Source of the DNA: Fimbriosthenelais zetlandica
Taxonomy: Eukaryota
Assembly: GCA_977030845.1 (NCBI GenBank)
Contig: OZ365111.1
Coordinates: 49,972,001 to 50,036,000, forward strand
DNA: 64,000 nucleotides
Reading direction: 5' to 3'
A model generated the notes under the pieces. It worked only from the letters and a program-made list of their open reading frames with translations, was not told the origin of the DNA and searched no databases. This document shows positions 50,561 through 62,291 of this stretch, in pieces. Each line of letters starts with the position of its first letter. Within the stretch, counting starts at the first letter, position 1. The translations under genes and the position numbers were made by a program.

Positions 50561-51179
50561 TATATAGAAGAACCGTGGGTGAACTATAATATGATGGGCC
50601 TATAACATAAAGTGATATTAATGCTAAGGCTCCATGATAGATTCAAGAACAAAATCTGTTCCGTATATAAATAGTATTAATCTCCTCCTGAATAACAGAA
50701 AATTTCCATTTAACATAAAGGAATCATTTGGTGGCCTGAGTTCCCTAGATCCCAAGACTGCTTCCCTAAAAGTTGATAGTGTCCTTTTATACCTGCACCT
50801 TGTCATACAGGCTGTATTGCCTCTGACCCTAATACAGATGTCCACTTTTATGTACGCCCACAAGGTAGAAGATATCCACCCCTGGTTTAGGCAGATGGCA
50901 GAGACACGATCTGATCCAGAAATCCCCAGTGTCACAGAGGATAAAGCAAACCACCCCATCATGGACACAGTTTATGTCTGCTCCTGGTCCCCTCCCCCGG
51001 GATACATGGCGGCATCCCATCATTTGACTGGCCATTTCTGCTCCATTCTCCCGCCTGGTAATGTTTTAAGTATAGTATATAGTGAGGCAGAATGGAAATG
51101 GACTGAATTAGAATGTATTGTAGATGGCTTGAAAATATGGCTTGAAAATACAGTCCATCTGAAGGTTCAGGGCAAGTGA

Positions 51180-51505
51180 AAGCAACCCCTCCTGTCTCCC
51201 GTTCTCACTCTCTCTATCTTTCTATCTCTCTATCTCTCTCTTCCCTTTGTCTCCCTATCTCTCTTACTCTCCCTCTTTCTCCCTCTCACTCACTATCGCT
51301 CTCCCTCTCACCCTTCACTCTTTTATCCCCACTACACCCTCCTTCCCTCAGTCTCGGCATCAATATTATATTTACCCTCACCCTCTGTCCCTCACCCTCC
51401 ATCTGCCCCTCTCCCTCACCCCTTCCCCAGGCCCTCCCCGTCCTCTCCCCTTCACCCTTCCCCTCCCCCTCACCCTCCCCCTCCCCCGTCCCCCTCTCTC
51501 TATGT
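51180..51505. repeat. CT-rich low-complexity tract
   Basis: Almost pure pyrimidine run; similar tracts at 52200-52380 and 58560-58690. Confidence 0.85.
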
Positions 51506-52634
51506 CTCTATAGGCCTGCTGACCATCCTCTTGTTATGTCTACCTGTCTCATCCATCATATGATATCAGTAAGGCTCTACCATCCAGACTGCCTCTCATC
51601 CCACATTAATACGTCATGATAAGAGACGTGAATATGATAGTCTAACAAAACTATACATGCCACACAAACATCCCACCACAACAAACACATGTTACTCTCC
51701 CAGACAGGCCCACTTCTTATTCCTCCTATAATCATTTTCTTTTCATTTGATCGGCACTCAAGACCGTCCCTCAACGTCCTAGTTTTTGACCAGCTAGTTT
51801 CGGAGCATGGCTTAAAAGGCAGTCCAAAAACAGAAAATGATTGACTTTAAACCTTATAATGCGGCATATACATGTTTTTAATTTTCCATTAAAGCCCCAA
51901 AAGGCACGTCCCAGAATTGTTAGGACTATATTTTCAGTGAATTTTATGAATTACAAAACTGATATATCATTAAATAAAATGTCATCCATCCTGTGCCATG
52001 AAAACAATATAAATCATAAGATATGGTGGGATACTTTAGTACAACTTTTACACCTAGTTTTATTATTAGCCCTATTAACAAGCTTTAGAATGATCATTTT
52101 ATCACTTCTCTATCACACAACTGTTTCCTGGCACTTTCCCTTCCAGCAATCACTCGGTAATTCCCTTCATATGTTTCTGCATAAATTTAAAGTGATTGCA
52201 TTCTCCATTCTCTCTGTCTTCCTCCCTCATTTCCTCCCTCGATCCCTCTCGGCCACCCCTTCTCCCTCCCTGTACCTCTCTTCCTCCCCATCCTTCTCCC
52301 CTACCTTCATTCCACCCTCTCCTTCCCTCCCACCCCTCTCTATCTCCTCTCTATCTCTACCCATCCCCACCTCTATATTCCTGCTGGCATGCTCCACGTT
52401 TCCATCTCTCAATGAAGACAATCAGGCGGTGTACAATGACTGACAATGCCCGGCCCCCGCCTCACCACCAGGCGCCGCTATTTACATTCCATTTGCTATG
52501 ATACCTGTTCGTGAGGAGAGACTGTGTTGACGGTTCGTCTGAGCAGAATCTTGGGGCCTGATTCACAAAATCATATAGCTCTAGGTTAATATTGACAGTG
52601 GAACAGAGCTCTAGGCCATCATGAACTTTGTGGA

Positions 52635-52910
52635 GGGGCTGTGGTTCAGTCTGAAGAGTGTTCTTGAATAGAAGAAGACCTTGGTTCAATTCCCCAAGCT
52701 TTCTCCAAATTTGCCATTTTCATTATCCACCCAGCGCTGCTAACTGGGATATCAAAGGCCATCCACCCAGTGCTGCTAACTGGGATATCAAAAGCCAGCC
52801 ATGTCTCCCACTGTGAGGCAAGTAAGACAAGCACTGGTTCATTTTGAGTTGCTGCCTTTTGAGAAGAGCAGGCGATTATGTTTCTTCTCGTCCTGAGAAA
52901 GATTGCTGAA
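52635..52910 (+). mobile_element. Near full-length SINE family B copy with 36-bp internal duplication
   Basis: GGGGCTGTGGTTCAG head, B box GGTTCAATTCCC at about 52683, CCACCCAG(C/T)GCTGCTAACTGGGATATCAAA twice, TTTGAGAAGAGCAGG, TCTCGTCCTGAGA. Confidence 0.8.
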
Positions 52911-53872
52911 TCAATTAGTCATCAATCCAGCCACTATGAACTTTGATCCACTCATTACATAACATGCCAAGATTTTGTTAGGAAATATTAACACCAGCCG
53001 TGCCACCCACAATGTGAGAGTGGCACGCCGATTTCCTTTTCAATGTCTCTGCTAATTCGTTGTAATAATGATCGTTTGATCCTGGATTGTCTTGAATTAG
53101 CCATGTCTCCTACATCAATTCGTTTTATATTTATGCACCAGTGGTAACGAATGGAATTTGTTTTGAGACGAACCCCAGGTCCCAGGGTCTGATACTATAA
53201 GAATAACATAATCACGCCACGCCTGATGCAAAACCACTCAACGCAGAACAAGAAGGTGCCACCAGCACTTCTACAATGCTTTATGTTCATGCATTTATTA
53301 TCAAGAAAATGTTGATGGAAAAAGCCTTAATTATCACTGGCTATAATGATGTGGTTCCGCATTGTTTTATGATATAAAACTTTATACATCCGGGGAATAA
53401 TGTCTGGTTAGCACTAATGATATGTTTTATAGAGGCTTATCTAGATTAGACTAACAAATGAATACATGTTAATATATTATAAAATCAGAAGTATCTTATT
53501 GAAAAATCAAATATTACATACATGTATAGATAATTGTGGAGTGGAAGAGAATCAGAAAAGTATGAGTATATATTAACAGTGAGGTCACAAAACGGCAAAC
53601 GTCAAAACTTAAAGTAATTCTTGGCAACATATACAATTTACCTTTGAGAAATCGTATGTAACTGCAGCTCATATATAATATCTATGGTTTCCCCTAGCCT
53701 TGTTAAACAAACCAGAACCTGGTCGTTTCATATTTTTTAAATGCATGACATACACCTTTGTATAATATGTACCTTTTATAAACTTCTATTTTGATGCATT
53801 AAATGTTGGTCGACATGAATGTGATATATATTTATGGAGATTGCTGTTACATGTGTGTGTGCTATATTGTAG

Positions 53873-53982
53873 GTTCGCCCGCCGATCACTCGGACCTGGA
53901 GGTGGGAGATGAGATAGTGGAGGTAAATGGAGACACACTAGAGGGCGCCACTCATGCCGAGGTCATCTCCCACATACACACA
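53873..53982 (+). CDS. MPP5: PDZ-domain coding exon 2 (G-SPADHSDLEVGDEIVEVNGDTLEGATHAEVISHIHT)
   Basis: Canonical PDZ motifs GSPA, L..GD.I.EVNG and helix B THAEV; AG acceptor 53871-53872, GTAAGT donor 53983; phases 1/0 fit both neighbours. Gene identity is less certain than the exon. Confidence 0.9.
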
Positions 53983-55729
53983 GTAAGTTACACTACTTTA
54001 TATTAAATATTTAACATCGGATTAATACACAAAACACAAAACGTTATATATAGAAATGATAATGGCGTTCAAATATGCTCAAATGGGTGCTCTGGCAATA
54101 GAGAAAGTTAGAAATTGTAAGCCTATATATGTATTACATGTAGGCCTATAATGTATTTATGGTCCTATTATATAATATCGTTCATTTGATCATTTACATT
54201 TAATTCAAATACTATAAAATGTATTTGAGTTTTCATGATACTTCTTCTGGTGTTTGTCTCCCACATCAGCACACAGGCCTAAATCCTATAATCTGACTTA
54301 CAACCAAAAGAACTAAGAGATAAAAATTAGTTTAAACAATAATAATCATTATAATATTTAAGGAAAACTAACCTTAGATGGCCAACAACTTAGTATCATT
54401 GTAACGTGTTCGTTTTGGCTTGTTTCACATCACGGAGCAGCTCCTTGAGCAGCTCACGTGCTGGTGGCGCCCTCTGGTATTAATTTACCTATAATACACC
54501 AGGTGGCGGGTCAGAGCCGCTCACGTGCCACGTGCCTGATCAATAGGTGTTCTCTATACTAAACTGGGTGTCATCGGGGGTACAACTAATTTGGGGTGTG
54601 AGATGGGCACCTAAACAGGGTCCGTAGATTCCTGGGGAAGAAAAAACTTTCCATTAATGGAAGTCAGACTCCTTGAAATGTCCGGGGAAGTGAGAAAATG
54701 CTCTGGTTATGGAAAAGTAAAATTTTGTTTAAGCCTGATACTAGATTTTCTCTAGCAAATGAAGCAATCTTTCAGGACTAAGAGGGGTGGGAGTCCCATT
54801 GAATCAAATGAATTAATGCCTTCAAAAAATATAGACTTTCTCTGCTGTTGACAGCCGTTTTTCCCAGTGTCCACTCACAAAGTATGATAAAAAATAACCT
54901 GAAAATTTATCAAATTAACTTGTGTTGTGTCTAAAATATAATTATTTGCTATGTAAAAAAAAATTGAAATATGTCACTGGTCATGTAGTGAGGTGCACAA
55001 AGGGTAAAACCAGCCCGGGGTAAAACAAACCTCAGTCACATTCAACTGTCAAAAAGTAATATGAGAAGTGACAAATGACATGTCAATCACCTCTCATGAC
55101 GGGAAGATGTCCCTCACTCGCCCATTCATCTGACAGTTCTGATCATAGATTGTGCGTGACGAAAAGTGGCCATAGTCAAAGACCACCATTTTAAGCTTTT
55201 TGCTATAGTGCCAGGGTTTGACCAATACACGTATAGGCCAATACACATCCTGATAGCTCGTGGAAATTCCCTCTCTTAATACTTTAATCTTGGCCCACTC
55301 GATTTAATATTTTTTAATTCAGGATGTTTGAACAGTATTATAAGGATTAGGCTTATAGGTTCACGGAACTCAGTGAATGTGTAAAGTCCATGAGTGCAGG
55401 CTATAGTTTTAGATGGTATAGTCCGGTTAAGTTGAATACAGAAACAGTTAAAATATGACCATGTACAGTTACCTAGAATAGGTAATATTGCTAATCAAAT
55501 TACCCAAATTGATTTTATATTACATTGAAAGATTTGATACAGGAAAGTAAATATATAATAGGCCTATTGATCTGAAACACAGCTGGCATGCCTAAAATTT
55601 CTAGCATGCATACTAGTAAATCAATATTATGTAATTTATAATTTACGAAATAAATTCAGATCAATAGGTACTAATGACATAAACGGTTATATTAACAATA
55701 CACTTGACCCCAATGTTGACAAATCCACT

Positions 55730-56070
55730 ACCCCTTCACCCCAATCCACCCTCCACACAATACGATGCCCTACCCCATTCCACCCCCACCATCCTCCCCA
55801 CCCCCAATTATATCCCATTTCCCCCACCCGTTCCCACTATCTCACCCCACTCCCCCTATCCTATCCCCATCCCAAACCCCTAGTATCCACCCCATTCCTC
55901 TGTCCCATCCCCACTAGCCCCATTATCCCTATTCCATCCCAAGCACCCTATCTCTGACCAGCGAGAGATTTTCTCTTCTAATGTCTCTGCTCAGACCTAC
56001 GCCCCCATCCCAATCCCAACCCCTTACCCCTCACTCCACCCACCCTAGTCCCCTACCCCTTACCCCTGGT
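55730..56070. repeat. C-rich low-complexity tract (G-quadruplex-prone on minus strand)
   Basis: Many CCCC/CCC runs separated by short spacers (CCCCATCC, ACCCCTT units). Confidence 0.7.
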
Positions 56071-56775
56071 CTTCTGTTTATGTTGCTCCACCATACAAGC
56101 GGCCCTTTGACCTAGAAACTCTCCAAACTCGGCCGCCATGTTACATTACACACATACTTCCTCAGTGACTGCCTGCCTGCCACCACCACCACCACCAACA
56201 TACACTCACACACTCACATTATTCCTACAAACCCCCAATACACACCACTAACCCTGGAGTACTTGTCATCATCACCACCCAGGAGTAACATGGGCAGGTA
56301 GGGTGGATACCTGAATCCTAACTTACCCACTTGGTTTAAAGTTTTCTTGAGTGGAGAGACAGAGAGGAGGAGGTAGGTAGAAGTAGGTAGGTAGGCGAGT
56401 AGTGGGCCGCTACCTTTACTCGCTCAGCCGTGGACTAACCAAGCATTGGTCCACATATACTCAGCCTTCTTCTATACTTCTCCAAGCCTACAGCCCAGAC
56501 AAAATACATTGGGAGATACGTTGGTTTGAATAGAGCCAGGAATTGGAGTTAGAACAACTTACCTGTACAGGTGTGTGTATGGATTTGAATTTACCTGGAC
56601 AGCTTGTTACCTGCTTCACTGATCCCCTCCCCTCGTTAAACTACCTGGATTACTGTTCTATTTTCGGAGCCCAATTACACATCCAACCCTGTGTCCTGTT
56701 TGGCTAGGCTTTACATATAGGCCTATCAAAGATTTCTCTACCTGATTTGGATTTTTCTTTTACTATTTTCTACAG

Positions 56776-56833
56776 TGTATCAAGTCAAGGACTATACAAC
56801 TTCGCGTGAAAAGAAACTGTGGGGAAAACATTG
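56776..56833 (+). CDS. MPP5: PDZ-domain coding exon 3 (CIKSRTIQLRVKRNCGENI-), completes PDZ strand betaF
   Basis: Polypyrimidine tract TTTTTCTTTTACTATTTTCTACAG, GTAAGT donor at 56834, phase 0 continues exon 2 in frame and gives the PDZ C-terminal I.L.V.R pattern. Confidence 0.85.
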
Positions 56834-58289
56834 GTAAGTACCTGTAGATGTGTATTTAATCTTAAAGTTCAGTATAAGTTAAGGTATTGCTAAGCAGTAC
56901 AGAAATAGGTCTAAGTTTCTTGCAGATATCTTTCTTTGTACTTCCGTGAAACCTCTTATTGCAATGTGAGTCATATAGGATGTGATCAATATGCATTAAA
57001 GTTTATTGTTCAATGGTTATTGGTAAATTTCGAAGGATAAAAATACCAGAAATGTGTTTTTGCCGCTTATGTCATCACATTTCCATGCTTTTTATGTGTG
57101 AAAGCAGAAAAGTGTATTTGCAACCTACTTGATTGTGAGCTATACCTTTTCTAAGTCTGAAAAACAAGATTTTTTACAGAATCAGTGAATAAGTTTTTTG
57201 GGGCAGTACATTGGGTACAATCCATTCATCCAAGGATTGAATGTTTCCTATTGAAAACCCCAGCCACAATATTACCAATACCATTACCATCCAAATGCTG
57301 CTTAAACCTCAGGTACATAAACGTATTGATCTCTTGTATATACATCTATACAGCTCTAAAAGCGCCCTATATTTACTATAAGGCCTTCAGGGTATCCTTT
57401 GATATTTTGTACCTGCAGTATTGGCTTTCCATACAATCCACCGGTTCTTTCAAGTCAAAACAAAGCTTTTAGGAAGCCACTTTCTGTATGTATTTGAGTG
57501 GAAGCAGGCATGGATATTAGACGGGCAAGCCAAGCAAAGCTTGCTACACTAACATTTAGTTGAGGGTAGCATTAGTTGAGTACCCTTAGTGCTACAGATC
57601 AAGGCCAAGGCTTGATGCTTAATACCAGCACCTTTCCCCCACTCATGTGCCCCTACTGAGGCCAAGGAAAAGAGAAAACTATGTAGCTAATAACTTGGTA
57701 AAAAAGATGTTCCTGGTAAAACTCAGCTGATGTAATGGCCGCTTCGAATTAATGTTTTTAAGTCAATTATATCTAGCAGAGCTAATTGCCTTAAATTGAT
57801 TTTTAAGGCCAAAAGTCATATTATTTATCATTGACTCACTCTATGGGAAATCATTATTCATCGAATGGCCAGATGTCTTTCTATTTTAATATCAGTGCCC
57901 AAAGGCCCTTCTTTACTGTGGGAAAGAGAAAGAGCCATCATTTTGGCGATCACAATTTTGCTGGTTCGTTCAATGAAATTAAACTTTCCACAAATGCCTA
58001 TTTATGAACGAAGTCTTAAGCAATGCACCAAACACCAAATGCAAAGAAGCTTCACTCTATACTCGTTGCAATCATCAATGCGATAGTTCATTGTGTTGGG
58101 AATGTGATTGAAACATCAGTACATAAACTCTTTCCTCCCGCTGCCTGTATTTTGAAGAAACAGTGACTGTTGGTGGCCTAACCCATCCACCATGGAGGAG
58201 AGTAGCAGATGCACCTGTTCAGGGGGTAATTTACCGCTTCATGTCCTGCCCTCACTGCCCTCTCCCCAGTACTCACAGGCTGCAGGAAT

Positions 58290-58405
58290 TCAGTACATCC
58301 ATATCCCCTCCCTCAGTGCATTCCATCCCTCTCAGTGCATTCCATCCCTCAGTTAGTACATCCATCCCTCCCTCAGTACATTGTACATCCATCCCCATCT
58401 CTCCT
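58290..58405. repeat. Degenerate ~19-bp minisatellite
   Basis: CTCAGT(G/A)CAT(T)CCATCCCT units, about 5 copies. Confidence 0.75.
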
Positions 58406-60007
58406 CCCCCTGTTTCACCACTGTTCTTTTACTTTCCATCATTTTTCCATGTCTTCTCTCCATCCCCACTTTCATGCTAGCCATCTTCCCCTATCGCTTT
58501 CTCCGTCTGCTTCTCCCAATCCATTGCCCCACCCCTAAAATTTAGAGAATCGTTTGTCTTTCCCAATCTGAGACTAATCACTATCCCCTCTATCCCATCT
58601 CTCACTCTCTCTTACCCTTTCTCTCTCTCCCTCTAACCCTCCCTCTGACCCTCTTTTCCCCCTCCCTCTCCCTTTCTCTTTTCGTCACTCAACCCCACGA
58701 GACCTCTATGTCTCGTCGCCTTCCAATGTTAATGTAGTATCAAAACGACAGGCCAGCACGCCCTCTGATATGACAGATCTGGCCTGGAATGCTTTGTTGT
58801 TAATTCATAGCATATGTCGGCCCTACATTCTATTTGTTATCATACCAGATCAGGAGCAGGGCCTCTCTCCCTTCCCTCTACATGCTCTGACTTATAAATG
58901 CTGGATTTGCCTGCAAATTAAACTGCCTCTTTCAGTTTCAAAGTCCAGGAATAGCATAGCGGTTGAAACAATGTATTTATTCAAACAAAAAGCTGAATTG
59001 GTGACAATGTAATAGCTAGAATTTTACTTCCCTTGACTAGAGGAATCTTGAGATATTCCCCAATATCCACCCACTTTTGATGGGGACAAACTGAAGTGAA
59101 AATCAAAGTTAAATCAAATATTCCGTTTCTTTCAGAGCGAGAAAAATGGCGTTATTGGAATAAAATAATGCAGTTATCACGAAGCAGAATAATCATATTA
59201 ATAGCCTTGATCTCCATCGATAACTGATCATTACCTTTTGTTAAATATTTGCAGGTTAATTACCATTGCGTGTTGGAATGCAAATAATCGTGAAATTACT
59301 CACTCACACACACTTATTGATGTATTGATTAACTGTGGGGGAAACACAGTAATAATAGGATCATTGGTACGCATCCAATGTGACACCTCATTAACTGTTA
59401 TGGCTACTTTTTGCCTGTTTTAGGTGTTGCGAAATGGGATTATTTGTTGCTTTTTACAAAAATTGCATTTGTTGGTCCTGAAAGGGTGATGGAAACACCA
59501 TTGACATTGCACTCAAGGACTGAATAATTGTGAATGTCCTCTCGCCATCCCCAAGAGACCCTTGACACAAAGTATCGTTTAAAGATTTTAATATTTCTTG
59601 TACTTATAATGAACGAAACATTGATGAATTGAAGATTCGTTTTCCTTAACAGAAATACCTTAGATATAAGTACACCCCTTTTGTGTGTCTGTTGAAACGA
59701 GATGCACCCCTTTGCAAAGATATACGGTAACTTACAATACAAAAAGGAATGCTCTTATATTTTCGGTAAAAAAAATGTCTGAGTATTTAGTGTATTATAT
59801 ATATGAGAGAGATGGAGAGTGAAGGAAGGAGTGGGAATGATTGCCTTGACCTATATTGAATGATTGATAGATTGATAGATCGATCACTCTCTATATAGGT
59901 GCTGTAGATCATCCATCCTGAGGTCTGAATCTTATCTTCTACCTCCTCACACTACCTCACTCCTACCTACCAGTATAACATTCTATACTCGTTGCTAGTG
60001 CTATTCC

Positions 60008-60236
60008 CAGGGTTCCCACTGGTCTGGAAAAAGTCGGGATAACCCACATTAATGCCAGGAAAAAGTAGGAAAGTAAGTAGAAAGATTAGGACATTTTGGA
60101 AAAGCAGGAATGATCAGGAAAAATCTTTTAAAAATGAACATACAACTTTCACAGTGATTATCAGAATTGGTCAGGATATTCTAAAGTATAATCAGAGGTC
60201 AGGAAATGTCTACCCTGGACATTAGTGAAAACCCTG
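60008..60236. mobile_element. Possible hAT-like MITE
   Basis: CAGGGTTCCCACT ... AGTGAAAACCCTG inverted ends (2 mismatches) around CAGGAAA-type internal repeats; no 8-bp TSD found. Confidence 0.45.
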
Positions 60237-61229
60237 ATTACTCTGTACTCCAGGCTCTAGGCCTAACCTTGACACGCACATGTTCATGTCAAATATGAAC
60301 CATCCTTTCTCATGAACATTGTTGCAATTTTCATGAAGATTTTGGTATTCTCATCAATTGGTTTCATATAATTGACACATTTTCTTAACCTTTTTGTATA
60401 TTATCTATACTGCTCTGATTTTCTCAAATTTAATTGTCCTTGTCGTCTTCCCCTTTTCGCCTGCCTCAAGCTTCTTTAAAATGCCAGTTTTAATTTAAAT
60501 AGGGCTTTCCTTAAAACCAAGAAATCTAAATTTAGAAAGGGGAAACACAAAATGATTTGATTAATTGCAGATAACGGTTTTAGTATGGCCTGGTTTTATG
60601 AGGGACATATTAATATTTGTTTATTACATGTATGTGGCGTTTGTAGCGTGACACAAATCACGCCCCGGCAGCCACAGTGGTAATAGGCCCAGCCCCCCCC
60701 CCCCTACTATGACCGTCAATAATTTTATGTTGGCAGTGACACGTGCACCTTTATTATTTCTGGTCATTTTAAAATCCACATTCCAATCATATCAGGGCTC
60801 TCCAGGCCTGACTCACCAACTTGTTTAATACAGAATTTACTATGTTATGGAATTGACCTGAATGAATATGTAATCCCCATTTGGGGCCATTTGCCAGTGA
60901 GTTTGCCACTGTATGAGGTTTCGCTCTGAACTCTAGGACGAGTGTGCCGATAGCATATTGACTCAAATCTAAAGTCTAGACAAGTTATGTGAGTCAGTCA
61001 TTCTAATATCAGTCATTCTAATATCCCACAAGTTTGCAGTATTCAAGGTCTAAAATGAAGCATTCAATATGATATAAAATAGTGCCAGCATCATTTCATT
61101 TCTATTATTGGTTGTGTTTCCATGAAATCAGGGAAATGAAACAAAGACGTTTTTCAGGGAAAAACTGAGGGGTGTTCCATGCCACTCCATGCTGTGCTTC
61201 ATTTCTCCCTCACGTTTTCTAAATCTACC

Positions 61230-61480
61230 CTGTCCTTCTCCACCCAGTGCTGTTAACTGGGATATCAAAGGCCAGTCAGGTCCCCCACTGTCTATGGTTA
61301 GAAAGCTAAACGAAACTTTGCTACCATTCGAGAAGAGCAAAGGCCAGCCATATCTGTTATGGTTAGAACTACCTGTATTGCTACCATTCTAGAAGAGCAG
61401 CATTCGAGAGGAGCAGGCATTGTGTGCCGACATCATGTTTCCTTCTCGATCTGAGATAGCTGTAAAACTGGACGTTAAAG
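61230..61480 (+). mobile_element. SINE family B copy with internal duplications and 3' tail
   Basis: TGTCCTTCTCCACCCAGTGCTGTTAACTGGGATATCAAAGGCC; TTGCTACCATTC(G/T)AGAAGAGCA twice; tail GATAGCTG...GGACGTTAAAGATAAACAAA. Confidence 0.8.
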
Positions 61481-62291
61481 ATAAACAAATATTCCCTTAT
61501 TTGGTGAAATTCTGGTCATGTCACGTGGAGAGCAAGTCTAGCATCGACCAACCCCCACTGAGATAAGCGTCACTGATAAAACCTGACTGTACCATGGCTT
61601 GTGTCCTACCCACTCTACAATGGATGGGCGTCCCTCTTTCTTCCCTCCATACATTGTTATGGTGGCGAGTCATTGAAACAAAAATATACCATCCTAAAGC
61701 TCAACTCCATGGATAATACTCGTTGATATAACTCAGTGCTGAATTATGAATTCACAAAGTACTGATACGGAATTTCGGATGCTAATTCTGATCAGATTAT
61801 CTTGAAATCATCCCATGTTTTAATTTGGTTTGTTTGAAAATTTGACATAAATCTTGGGAAATGATGTGAAATTATTTAGACAAAGCTTCAGTGAGAATAG
61901 TGGTGAAATAGAAATACATGTAGTAAGTTCATGGAAGTTAAAGGCTTCTTTTTTTCTTCCATGAATTTTTAGACTGATATATTCCCAGGAATGTAATTTA
62001 CGACTTCCAGGAAATTGGTATAACTGACCAAGTTTAATTTATCAAAATGTTTTATTAGGACCATTATATAATAGAAGTAGGTAGGACTATTGCCTTTATT
62101 CGGAGTAGGAAGAGAAAGTGGCCTGATCTGGGACAAGGGGAACCATTATGTGTTGACTAAAGGACAGTTTACGTGATTCCCTCTAACATGCTGGGCTTAA
62201 ATACAATGCTAACAAGATCAGCAAGCTGAGGTGGAGAGCAATGATTCACCCCCTAAACAATCACCACCTCAACCCATTGTCAGGTGTGAGT

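Noticed and set aside
50634-51179. 181-aa ORF on + strand
   Set aside because: No domain similarity recognised and no splice context linking it to the PDZ gene; likely chance, though BLASTP would settle it.
51176-52501. 147-200-aa Ser/Pro/Leu-rich ORFs
   Set aside because: Translations of CT-rich low-complexity DNA.
59125-59225. Possible fourth exon after TTTCTTTCAG acceptor
   Set aside because: The phase-1 reading hits a stop after about 30 codons without a good donor; the next true exon probably lies beyond the window.
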